NCBI GenBank assembly: GCA_035503815.1
Contig: DATJTF010000018.1
Coordinates: forward strand, 51,583-115,582
Length of the DNA stretch: 64,000 bases
From: Verrucomicrobiia bacterium
GTDB lineage: Bacteria; Acidobacteriota; Terriglobia; Acidiferrales; UBA7541
Direction: 5' to 3'
Positions 17,341-27,379 of the stretch are shown piece after piece (within the stretch, counting starts at the first letter, position 1; every line of letters begins with the position of its first letter). A program made the translations under genes and the position numbers. The notes beneath the pieces are model-generated. The model did not search any database, was not told where the DNA came from, and worked only from the letters and a program-made list of their open reading frames with translations.

Positions 17341-18153
17341 CTACCGGCCACGGACGCCTCCTGCTTGCGCCGTCATCCTTGCGACAGCGGCGGAGTGCTG
17401 TTCGATCAGCCGGCGGCTGCCCGTAACAACAAGCTGCAATCCCGCGACGATGGCGATGAGGGCGACAATCGCTCGCAACCGCCTTGCCGGAACCTTTCGA
17501 GCGAGCAAGCAGCCGATGATGACTCCGGGAACGCCTCCGGCGAGAAGCTGGAGGAGCACCGGGTCATTGATTGATCCGAAGGTCCAGTGAAAGGCGCTGC
17601 CGATCACCGCCAGTACCAGACCGAAGACCAGATCGGTTCCGACAACTTGTGACGGAGACATTTCAGAGTAGTTGAGCAGAAGGACCGTTCCCAGGGCGCC
17701 CGCGCCGGCGGAAGAGAATCCGGATTCCATCCCGATGGGCAGGGCAAGCCAGGGAAGCCAACGGGAATTCTTGCCGGCAAACGAATGGTTTTGGGCTCGG
17801 CGAATAAAAGTGACGCTTGAGGATGCCGCAAGAAGAAGCCCCAAGAGAACGATCACGATCGGATTCCCAGCGTCACGGCTGAGATCGTGCAGCAGCCAGA
17901 TGCCCAGGAGAAGGCCGGGAATCGCCCCTTTTAACAACAGCCAGAGATAGCGCGAATGAAACTGCTTTCCCAAGAGATAGAACGGAGAGGCGATCAAGCG
18001 CAGAACGCCGGCAAACAAAAAAGCGGTTCCCACGGCTTCACCCGCAGTGAGTCCAACGAGAAGCACCAGAGCCGGAACCGTGAAACTTCCGCCACCGATG
18101 CCCGTCAAACCGACGGCCAACGCAATGATAAATCCCACAAAACTATGCATCAT
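17341..18153 (-). CDS. TauE/SafE (TSUP) family anion permease
   Basis: Polytopic membrane protein with glycine-rich helices (LTGIGGGSFTVPALVLL; SAGAGALGTVLLL). ATG 18153 overlaps the cysH stop as ATGA (18153-18150). Confidence 0.85.
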   Translation of the reverse strand: MMHSFVGFIIALAVGLTGIGGGSFTVPALVLLVGLTAGEAVGTAFLFAGVLRLIASPFYLLGKQFHSRYLWLLLKGAIPGLLLGIWLLHDLSRDAGNPIVIVLLGLLLAASSSVTFIRRAQNHSFAGKNSRWLPWLALPIGMESGFSSAGAGALGTVLLLNYSEMSPSQVVGTDLVFGLVLAVIGSAFHWTFGSINDPVLLQLLAGGVPGVIIGCLLARKVPARRLRAIVALIAIVAGLQLVVTGSRRLIEQHSAAVARMTAQAGGVRGR

Positions 18154-18848
18154 TGCCCGCTCCGCGAAAACGTATGGATTCCGCATTCCAGTTTCTTGCC
18201 GCCCCAGCGCCCGGAGCGCGGATTATTGGGGTCTTCCGGAACGGCCGTGCAGGGCTCGCAGCCAATGCTGAGATACCCTTGATCGTATTGAGGCAGGCAG
18301 CTGATTCGGTTCTTCGACGTGTGTTCCCACACCTGAGCCCAAGTCCAATCGGCCAGGAGGCTCACTTTTAGGAGCAATTCTCCACTCGGCAGACGGTGTT
18401 CCTCAATTTTTTTGAGATTCTTGCGTGTCGGCGATTGCTCGCGACGCAAGCCCGTGAACCAAAGCTCGTAAGGCCGCAGAGCCTGAAGCAGCGGCTCGAC
18501 TTTGCGGAGCTCGCAGCATTTTGTCGGGTCGCTGCGGTACAGTATCCCGAATTGCGATTCCTGCTGTTTCACCGTCTTCTGCGGGACAACATTCACCAAA
18601 TTCAAGGACCATTCCTTCACCATTCGGTCGCGGTACTCATACGTTTGAGCGAAGTGATAGCCCGTGTCGAGAAATAGAACGGGAATCGAAGGAATTCGTT
18701 TGCGAAGCAGATCGAGAGCGATCATATCTTCGGCCTGGAAACTGCAGGTGATGCATGCGAGTTTTTGGGGATAGGCCTCAAGAACGGCGCCTAATGCCTG
18801 GTCCGGCGCAAGACTCTCTATATTTTCGATAGAGACCGGCGTATTCAT
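18150..18848 (-). CDS. cysH: assimilatory adenylyl-sulfate (APS)/PAPS reductase, Fe-S-type CysH
   Basis: Start trimmed to ATG 18848 (MNTPVSIEN..), 1 nt after the cysN stop. Has the PAPS_reduct fold motifs, the Cys pairs ..TKCCELRKVEPL.. and ..SIGCEPCT.. (the CC...CxxC cluster typical of APS-specific enzymes), and C-terminal ECGIH. Confidence 0.9.
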   Translation of the reverse strand: MNTPVSIENIESLAPDQALGAVLEAYPQKLACITCSFQAEDMIALDLLRKRIPSIPVLFLDTGYHFAQTYEYRDRMVKEWSLNLVNVVPQKTVKQQESQFGILYRSDPTKCCELRKVEPLLQALRPYELWFTGLRREQSPTRKNLKKIEEHRLPSGELLLKVSLLADWTWAQVWEHTSKNRISCLPQYDQGYLSIGCEPCTAVPEDPNNPRSGRWGGKKLECGIHTFSRSGQ

Positions 18849-18849
18849 T

Positions 18850-20592
18850 TCAAACCGCCTCTTCAGAGTTTTTGTCGCCGGCGGGAAAGCGGAGAGACTT
18901 GGCCAAATCGAGCACGCCATTCAGTGCTTCCGCATCTCCCGCAGGCATATTCAATTCCGAGAGGTCGAAAAAGCGATCTCCCGCGACAGATTTCAGCTCC
19001 AACTTGTCTCCAGAATCCAAGGCCAGATTCCGGCAGATCACGACAAAACCCGCCGCGTATAGAGCAGCGCCGGCAGTTTTCGACGAATCGAAGAGTGAGC
19101 GCTCACCATCCACTACGACCACTTCGAATCCCAGGTCGAAGAGGGCGCGCTCGATCGGAGCTGCCAGCGACTCGCGCTTGCCGGTCAAGATGAAGGCCGG
19201 GTAGTGCCCGTGGCGGCGATGGCGTTCAATCGAGGCTACGAGGGATTCCCAAGCCGGCGAATCATGGTGCGTATGGCGTCCGCTGAAGCCGGCGAGATTG
19301 TCTTGAATCATCCCGGCGGCCAACGTCGCGTTTGTCAGCGGGTCGATGACAATAAAACTTCCGGTCGCCCGATTCTGGGCGTAGAGGTCAAAGAAGAGCG
19401 GGCTGCTGGTTTCAATTTCCACGACAGCGATGTCGTTGATTTCCAAATGTCCGGCCGGCTCGACCTCCAAATCGTTGATGTTGACGCGATGACGGATTTT
19501 CGCAACCGTGCCCCGCACCTGGCGGGCGCATTGCTTGATCCAATACACTTGCCCGATTTCTAAGGGCTGCGCGTGCATCCAGACGATCGAAGCGGCAAAC
19601 CGGCGCGAGACGCGCGGGGGACTATTGGGCGACACCAGCATGTCGCCACGGCTCAGATCAATTTCGTCCTCCAGCGTTACCGTGACCGACATGGGAGAGA
19701 ACGCTTCGGAAAGGGGGCCATCGAAGGTGACGATGGATTCAACGCGCGATTTCTGGCCGGAGGGGAGCGCGGTAACCCGATCGCCGGGCCGGAGAACGCC
19801 TCCGGCAACTTGTCCGGCAAAACCGCGAAAATTTGCGTCTGGGCGAATAACGTACTGGACAGGGAACCGGACGCCCTGTGTGCTCGCGGGCTTATTCACC
19901 GGCACAGTTTCAAGGTACTCGAGCAACGTCGGGCCTGTGTACCATGGCGTCCACTCGCTGCGGTCGACGACGTTTGCACCTTCGAGAGCGCTAATCGGAA
20001 TGCAGTGAACGGAGGAGATTCCAAGCCGGCCGGCAAGCCTCAGAAACTGCTCTTCGAGGGCAAGAAACCGGTCTTCGCGGTATTCCACCAGGTCCATTTT
20101 GTTGACGGCCGCGACTACTGCGGGAATTCCGAGCAGGGAGGCGATGTAGGCATGCCGAGTGGTTTGGGGAAGAAGGCCCTTCTCCCCATCGATGAGGATA
20201 ACGGCCAGGTCCGCGGTAGAAGCGCCGGTGGCCATGTTGCGCGTGTACTGCTCGTGACCCGGAGTGTCGGCGATGATGAACTTTCGTCGCGCCGTCGTGA
20301 AATAGCGATAGCCCACGTCAATGGTGATCCCTTGTTCGCGTTCTGCGCGCAATCCGTCTGTGAGAAGCGAAAAATCAACCGGGCCGCTCGAGCGGTTGAC
20401 CCGGCTCTTTTTCACGGAAGCGAGCTGATCCTCGTAAAGAGATTTGGAATCGTGAAGGAGCCTGCCGATCAGCGTGGATTTGCCGTCGTCCACGCTGCCC
20501 GCCGTGGTGAAGCGAAGAAGTTCCTTGCTCAGGTTCTGTTCGAGGAAAAGATCGAACTTGCCGGGAAGTCCGGGGTGCATCGCGGCAGACAT
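18850..20592 (-). CDS. cysN: sulfate adenylyltransferase subunit 1 (GTPase CysN) with a short P-loop-less APS-kinase-like C-terminal extension
   Basis: G1 motif GSVDDGKSTLIGRL, DTPGH, NKMD. EF-Tu-like domains II/III extend to about aa 440. A C-terminal segment of about 130 aa (..YPAFILTGKRESLAAPIERALFDLGFEVVVVDGE..) occupies the position of CysC. ATG overlaps the cysD stop (TGATG). Confidence 0.92.
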   Translation of the reverse strand: MSAAMHPGLPGKFDLFLEQNLSKELLRFTTAGSVDDGKSTLIGRLLHDSKSLYEDQLASVKKSRVNRSSGPVDFSLLTDGLRAEREQGITIDVGYRYFTTARRKFIIADTPGHEQYTRNMATGASTADLAVILIDGEKGLLPQTTRHAYIASLLGIPAVVAAVNKMDLVEYREDRFLALEEQFLRLAGRLGISSVHCIPISALEGANVVDRSEWTPWYTGPTLLEYLETVPVNKPASTQGVRFPVQYVIRPDANFRGFAGQVAGGVLRPGDRVTALPSGQKSRVESIVTFDGPLSEAFSPMSVTVTLEDEIDLSRGDMLVSPNSPPRVSRRFAASIVWMHAQPLEIGQVYWIKQCARQVRGTVAKIRHRVNINDLEVEPAGHLEINDIAVVEIETSSPLFFDLYAQNRATGSFIVIDPLTNATLAAGMIQDNLAGFSGRHTHHDSPAWESLVASIERHRRHGHYPAFILTGKRESLAAPIERALFDLGFEVVVVDGERSLFDSSKTAGAALYAAGFVVICRNLALDSGDKLELKSVAGDRFFDLSELNMPAGDAEALNGVLDLAKSLRFPAGDKNSEEAV

Positions 20593-21569
20593 CAGAAGTA
20601 GCCCTCCCGCTTCTTGATCTCCATCGAGCCTTCTTCGTCATGGTCGATTACGCGGTTCTCGCGCTCGGACCGGCGAAACAGGATCATCTCCTCGATGATT
20701 TTGGGGACGGTATCGGCACTTGACCGGATTGCCCCGGTGCACGGGACGCACCCAAGCGATCTCATGCGGCACTTGACCGGCTCGGGTTTCTCGTCGTGAT
20801 GAAGCTGGGCCTGCGAATAGATGAGAATGATCGAGCCGCCGCGAACCACGGCTTGGCGCTCGCGGGCAAAGTAGAGCGGCACAATCGGGATATTTTCAGT
20901 ATAGATATAGAGCCAGACGTCGAGCTCCGTCCAATTCGAGAGCGGAAAAATTCGAATGCTTTCACCCTTGTCAATTCTCGAATTGAAAATATTCCAGAGC
21001 TCGGGCCGCTGATTTTTCGGGTCCCATTGTCCGTGTGAGTCGCGAAACGAATAAATTCTTTCCTTGGCTCGCGATTTCTCTTCGTCGCGTCGCGCCCCGC
21101 CGAATGCGGCGTTGAAGCCGCCCTCGGCGAGCGCATCAAGCAGCGATTTTGTCTTGAGCAGACCGCAGCATTTTTGTGTGCCCAGCAAGATTGGGTTTGC
21201 GCCCGCACGGAGCGCCTCCTGGTTCTTATGAACGATCAGCTCCGCTCCAATCTCTTTGGCATATTGATCGCGAAATTGAATCATTTCGGGAAACTTGTAG
21301 CTCGTGTCGATGTGCAGCAACGGAAAGGGAATTTTCCCCGGGTAGAAAGCCTTCTGCGCCAAGCGCAGCATCACGGAAGAATCCTTGCCGATGGAATAGA
21401 GCATGACGGGCCGCGAAAACTCGGCCGCGGCTTCGCGCAAGATGTGGATACTCTCGGCTTCAAGAGCCTTCAAATGGCTGAGCTTGCGCTGGGACGATCC
21501 CGTCGGGTTCGCGTCCCATCGTTCGCGGCGCTGCGCTTCGACAATCAGTTCCTTCGGGGCACTTGCCAT
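20592..21569 (-). CDS. cysD: sulfate adenylyltransferase subunit 2 CysD
   Basis: Start trimmed to ATG 21569 (AAGGA upstream). PAPS_reduct/CysD motifs: [30 protein letters not shown], and C-terminal ..[17 protein letters not shown]. Confidence 0.92.
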   Translation of the reverse strand: MASAPKELIVEAQRRERWDANPTGSSQRKLSHLKALEAESIHILREAAAEFSRPVMLYSIGKDSSVMLRLAQKAFYPGKIPFPLLHIDTSYKFPEMIQFRDQYAKEIGAELIVHKNQEALRAGANPILLGTQKCCGLLKTKSLLDALAEGGFNAAFGGARRDEEKSRAKERIYSFRDSHGQWDPKNQRPELWNIFNSRIDKGESIRIFPLSNWTELDVWLYIYTENIPIVPLYFARERQAVVRGGSIILIYSQAQLHHDEKPEPVKCRMRSLGCVPCTGAIRSSADTVPKIIEEMILFRRSERENRVIDHDEEGSMEIKKREGYF

Positions 21570-21596
21570 TGGTCCCGCATCCTTTATCGAATTTGA

Positions 21597-21642
21597 CCCC
21601 AAAAACAAAAAACCCACCGGCCAGTTCATCTCGGGCGGTGGG
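21597..21642 (-). terminator. intrinsic-terminator-like hairpin plus U-tract inside the cysD leader
   Basis: Minus strand reads CCCACCG-cccgagaugaacuggc-CGGUGGG followed by UUUUUUGUUUUUGGGG. The U-tract ends 28 nt upstream of the cysD ATG and 363 nt downstream of the APC permease stop. Confidence 0.5.
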
Positions 21643-22004
21643 TTAGAGGACTGACTAGCTAGGATAATTTCTTAGTTCACTAGCCTCCCGGCGCCAGAGC
21701 ACACGTCCGCGCAACAAAGACAACAAGTCTGCGCGATACTCTGGCGAACTCGGTCGAATCTCATCAGAGGGATTCTACTAGGCGGAGAGGACACCTGGCA
21801 ATAGCGAATGTCGGCTCACGAAATAAAATGTTCCATAACGCTGGGCCAGCCTCCATTCCAGGAAAATAACCTGGCAAATCGTTGCACCAAAAGCCCCGGA
21901 GCCGGATTTCCTCGGGTGCGAGACAGCAGCTCAATGTGTTCCCCTTTTTCGGGAGCCGATGGCCATATTTGGATTTCGCCGGCGGCCGCGAGGGGAGAAA
22001 AGAC

Positions 22005-23387
22005 TTATTCTGGATGCGTTCGCGGATTTTTTCTTCGCGCGCCGCAGAAGAACCAAATCAATCCGGCGGCGAGGTAGACCAGATAAACATAGGGCAATTT
22101 GCCGTAGGGGCCCTGCGGAATGGGATAGAGATTGCCGACAAGCGCCAGCAGCATGGCGGCGCAAGCGAGCCAAGCGATGATCTGCGAGCCAGCGGTCGAG
22201 ACTCCCTTATCGCGCAGAAAACCGGGCAACGCGGCGCAGACCAAGGCGTAGGTGACGATGAACCCATAGGTCGCCAGCGAACCGAGCCAGCCGTAGACAT
22301 CGAGCCCGCTGACGCCTCGCGCCGCCAAGATGGCGACCGGAAGCAAAGCGGCCGTGCCTGTCGCCAAAACGGCGCGGCCCGGGGTTTCGTTGCGCGCGTG
22401 GGTGGCGCGCAGCGCTCCGTGAGCCAAGCCATTGTGGGCCATGAGCAAGAGGACGCGTGCCGCTGCGGTAATGCAAGCGAGCGTTCCCGCAAATAGGCTG
22501 ATGAGCGCACCGGCGTCGATGATTACGCCGAGCGCCGGAATTCCTCCTATGCGCGCCAAGACATGCATGGGAGCCTGGTTGGTCCCCAAGTCCTGGCCAG
22601 CAACCCGGAATCCCAGTAATTCCGCATATGCGCAAACAGTAAAAACCGCTCCAGCCAGAAGGGCGCTTTGAATTACGGCGCGAGGGATTGTCTTCAGGGG
22701 ATTTCGCGCTTCGCTGCCGAGCGTTGTCGCGCTTTCAAACCCCACGAAACTGAAAAGCGAAAGCACAACGCCAAGCCGCAGCCCGCTCCCCGTCATACCT
22801 CGCAAATGCAGCTGATTCCGATCCCAATGTGATCCATGGCGGAGCAATACGAGCGTGACAACAATGAGAATCATCGCGACAGAAACGGCTTCGATCCAAA
22901 GCATCAACCGGGCGGAAATTTTTACGTCGCGCCATGCGATGCAAATGGAAACTCCGGTAACCGCGGCTGCGAAAAACACGGCGGCAACAGTGCCTCCGGT
23001 CGCATGGAGAACCAAGAGTTTCGCGTAGTGGTAAAACCCGCCGATGACGCTCGAAGCGGTTGCGATGTAAGCGAGCAGAAGGCTCCAGGCAGCCGTGGCT
23101 GCCATCCACGGCGGAAGAGTGATGGAAACATACGAGTAAAGAGAGCCGGGCGAAGCCGAATAACGCGCAAAGCGGCCGATGCAGACCGCGACAAGCAGAA
23201 TCGCCATCGTCGCCAGGGCATAGGCGAGCCAAGTGCCGTTGCCCGCCAGAGCGCAAACGAGAGGAATCGTCGCCACCGGCGTGGTGGTGGGCGCCATCGT
23301 AGAAACGGATTGCGCGAGCGTCTCGAGCGGCGAGAGAGCGTCGCGGCGGAGTCCATAACTTGCGGTAGGTGAATTTTGCTGCGCCAC
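22005..23387 (-). CDS. APC family amino acid permease
   Basis: 460 aa, about 12 TM helices, with APC-superfamily sequence character (..FESATTLGSEARNPLKTIPRAV..). Confidence 0.85.
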   Translation of the reverse strand: MAQQNSPTASYGLRRDALSPLETLAQSVSTMAPTTTPVATIPLVCALAGNGTWLAYALATMAILLVAVCIGRFARYSASPGSLYSYVSITLPPWMAATAAWSLLLAYIATASSVIGGFYHYAKLLVLHATGGTVAAVFFAAAVTGVSICIAWRDVKISARLMLWIEAVSVAMILIVVTLVLLRHGSHWDRNQLHLRGMTGSGLRLGVVLSLFSFVGFESATTLGSEARNPLKTIPRAVIQSALLAGAVFTVCAYAELLGFRVAGQDLGTNQAPMHVLARIGGIPALGVIIDAGALISLFAGTLACITAAARVLLLMAHNGLAHGALRATHARNETPGRAVLATGTAALLPVAILAARGVSGLDVYGWLGSLATYGFIVTYALVCAALPGFLRDKGVSTAGSQIIAWLACAAMLLALVGNLYPIPQGPYGKLPYVYLVYLAAGLIWFFCGARRKNPRTHPE

Positions 23388-23599
23388 TGGTTTGGGTTAA
23401 CGCGCGATGACGCTCCCGAGTCGGACGAATTGAATTCGGTAAAAGGTGCCCAAGATACAGGGCAGGGCGATTTCGCGCAATAGGCGCGAACAATATGTTC
23501 GTCTGAGTCGGGACAAACCGAGTCCGCACATTGAGCCGTGCGGCGGTATCTGAAATAATGCGGAACGAATCGATTGCGGACAGCCGCATAGTACGGTGA

Positions 23600-24841
<1,242 letters not shown>

Positions 24842-24868
24842 GTCCCCGCTCCGCGCGAATCAATCCGC

Positions 24869-25654
24869 TCAGGGTTTCGATTCCAGAATTTCGCGGCCGT
24901 TTGTCGGCTGGATGGGACGCGCGTTGTCGGGATACCATTTCGCAAACGTGGCGATTTCGGCCGGGGAAAGCTCGACGGGATTCTTCAGCACGTACCAGGT
25001 GACCCCTTCAGAGCAAGGCGGCGTGGTGAGCGATCCGGCAAAGGTGTAGTAATCCCGGTCGGCCGGAAGCAAGTCGGCGGCGTTCAAATTGATTTTCTTC
25101 CGGACGACTTCTTTATCGATTTCCTTCGGCACATTCTTCCAGAGCAGATCCAGGAATGGATTCGGCTGGCCGCTCTCGAAAAGGATCGCGACCACGGCGA
25201 GATGGCCCTCCGCGTCTTTGTGAACCAGGTGCGCTACCAAATCGTACTGTTTTCCGCCGATCTTCTCCTCGCTCGGATGGTGAAAATGAAATTGGAGGAG
25301 CGAATACTGCTTGCCGCCAACCGTCATCGTGCTGCCTGGCTCATAGTTCACTTGAATCGTGTGCCCGTTGTTGATGATCCTCAGGGGCGACACTTGATAT
25401 TCAAAACGGATCGGGGGCAACGCCGCAGGCTTGGCGTTTTCGATATCAATGGGCGATTGCCGCTTGCCCGTCTTGCATGTGGCGTAGGCCGGCTCGAGAT
25501 CGCCCCAACGATCCGGCCCCCATTCGCCCGTGTAGCTCCAGTGGGGATGGTGATCGGAGGAGGATTGCTGCGCGCGCGCCGGGGCAACGAAGAGCAAAAG
25601 GCTGCCCAAAAGAAGAGCCGATGAAGCGCGAAATAGAGTGCGATCCGTTTTCAT
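24869..25654 (-). CDS. alpha-class carbonic anhydrase, secreted
   Basis: Start trimmed to ATG 25654 (AAGGAG upstream), followed by a signal peptide. Motifs HWSYTGEWGPDRW, QSPIDI, NNGHTIQV, LQFHFHHPSEE, AHLVH, GSLTTPPCSEGVTW. Confidence 0.9.
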   Translation of the reverse strand: MKTDRTLFRASSALLLGSLLLFVAPARAQQSSSDHHPHWSYTGEWGPDRWGDLEPAYATCKTGKRQSPIDIENAKPAALPPIRFEYQVSPLRIINNGHTIQVNYEPGSTMTVGGKQYSLLQFHFHHPSEEKIGGKQYDLVAHLVHKDAEGHLAVVAILFESGQPNPFLDLLWKNVPKEIDKEVVRKKINLNAADLLPADRDYYTFAGSLTTPPCSEGVTWYVLKNPVELSPAEIATFAKWYPDNARPIQPTNGREILESKP

Positions 25655-25795
25655 TCGAATTCTCCTTCGGCGCGGGAGATGTGCCCGCTCACCGGTCGTG
25701 AATGTGTGCTGGTCAACCCAGGCTCTTTCCTTTTTCAGGGAACGCAAGACAAAGCGAGCGGCCCAAGCATATCATGGACAACGAGGAGATTTCCG

Positions 25796-26056
25796 ATGGC
25801 CAACACGTGTGCGCACATGAAGGAAATTCGAAACGTCAAGGCGAAGACAAAAGGATGCGAAGAGTGCCTGAAGACCGGCGACACCTGGGTCCATCTTCGA
25901 TTGTGCCTGATCTGCGGCCATGTAGGCTGCTGCGATTCTTCGATCAACAAGCATGCTACGAAGCATTTTCACAGCACCAATCACCCGATCATCCGATCCA
26001 TCGAGCCCGGAGAGTCTTGGAAGTGGTGTTACGTTGACGAGCTCGTTTTCGAGTGA
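25796..26056 (+). CDS. UBP-type zinc finger domain protein (86 aa)
   Basis: ATG 25796 with GAGGAG upstream. CEECLKTGDTWVHLRLCLICGHVGCCDSSINKHATKHFHSTNHP matches the zf-UBP Cys/His pattern. Confidence 0.75.
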   Translation: MANTCAHMKEIRNVKAKTKGCEECLKTGDTWVHLRLCLICGHVGCCDSSINKHATKHFHSTNHPIIRSIEPGESWKWCYVDELVFE

Positions 26057-26220
26057 TCCGAGCTCGCCAAATATTCGCGAATCGCGGCAGATCCGGGGCG
26101 AGAGAGTGATTGGATCGTGAGAGCGACATCGGCTCCGCCGAACCATACTCCGCCACTGGAACCCCTTTCGCCGCTGCATTTCGCGCACTCTTTACGCTTT
26201 CCAGGAGACAACTTCGAACC

Positions 26221-27330
26221 GTGAAAAAGACTCGAGCGCTTGCTCTGCAAATCTGCGTTCTCTTCGCCTGTTGCGGAATATGGATGGGACACGCCGCGGC
26301 GGCAGAAGGCCAGTCGGAGGGTGCGCAGGAATTCGCGAATCTGGGTGATTTCAAGCTGCGGAGCGGCGCCGAGATTCGCGACTTGCACCTGGGCTATCGC
26401 ACGATGGGGCAGCTGAATGCGGACAAGTCCAACGCTATCCTCTGGCCCACCTGGCTGGGAGGAAAAACCGAGGATTTGATTCGCTACGCAGGCCCGGGTA
26501 ACGTCGTGGACACCAAACGCTATTTTGTGATCTTCGTCGATTCTCTCGCAAACGGCGTAACCACTTCTCCCTCCAACAGCACCCTCCAGCCCCGGTTGAA
26601 ATATCCCGAAATTACCATTCGCGACATGGTTGATTCCGAATACGAGCTGGCAACCACAATATTTCATCTGAAGCACTTGCACGCTGTGGTCGGAATCTCG
26701 ATGGGAGGCATGCAGGCCTTCGAATGGTCCGTCGCGTATCCGGATTTCATGGACGAAGTCATCGCCATGGCGGGCTCGCCGCAATCGACTTCCTACGACA
26801 AATTGCTCTGGACCGCTCAGATTGACGCCCTGCGGCTCGACCCCGAGTGGCGCGATGGAGAAGGAACAAAGCCGATGACATCGGGACTTCTGGTATACAA
26901 CGAAATCGGCTCGATGAGCCTGACTTCGCCCGCCTATCGCGTGGCTCACACGCCACCACAGGACTTTGAAGCGTTTCTCGAAACATTGAGGAGGGAAACC
27001 TCCGACGCGAGTTCCGCGTGCGATTCCATCCGGCAGCGGCAAGCGATCCTCTCGCTCGACATTCCCGGCGAGTACGGCTTGACAATGGAAGAAGCCGCGA
27101 AACGAGTGCACGCGAAAATGCTGATTTTTATCTCCCCGGAGGATCACACCGTCAATCCTGCCCCGGCGCTCGAATTTGCCAGGTTTGTCGGAGCGCCGGT
27201 GATAACCCTGGATTCTCCTTGCGGACACCAGAGCACCGCATGCATTTCGCTCGGCCCTGTGGTGGCGGAATTTCTGACAAATCCCGGCGGTATCTCGAGC
27301 GCAACGATGAGGGACGGGGCCGGCCACTGA
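26221..27330 (+). CDS. alpha/beta hydrolase of the homoserine O-acetyltransferase (MetX)-like family, with signal peptide
   Basis: GTG 26221 gives (M)KKTRALALQICVLFACCGIWMGHAAAAEG (signal). MetX-like core ..NAILWPTWLGG.., nucleophile elbow GISMGGMQAFEW, C-terminal ..DHTV.. and ..CGHQS... The start is uncertain (track ORF begins at 26110). Confidence 0.72.
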   Translation: MKKTRALALQICVLFACCGIWMGHAAAAEGQSEGAQEFANLGDFKLRSGAEIRDLHLGYRTMGQLNADKSNAILWPTWLGGKTEDLIRYAGPGNVVDTKRYFVIFVDSLANGVTTSPSNSTLQPRLKYPEITIRDMVDSEYELATTIFHLKHLHAVVGISMGGMQAFEWSVAYPDFMDEVIAMAGSPQSTSYDKLLWTAQIDALRLDPEWRDGEGTKPMTSGLLVYNEIGSMSLTSPAYRVAHTPPQDFEAFLETLRRETSDASSACDSIRQRQAILSLDIPGEYGLTMEEAAKRVHAKMLIFISPEDHTVNPAPALEFARFVGAPVITLDSPCGHQSTACISLGPVVAEFLTNPGGISSATMRDGAGH

Positions 27331-27379
27331 CCGCCCGGCGCCGAACGGCAATCCCGCAGACACAGGGAGTGGCCCCCAA

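Noticed and set aside
21760-21767. CUGAUGAG (hammerhead ribozyme core box) on the minus strand in the cysD leader.
   Set aside because: There is no downstream stem II followed by a CGAAA box, and no plausible stem I/III arrangement. The 8-mer match is probably chance.
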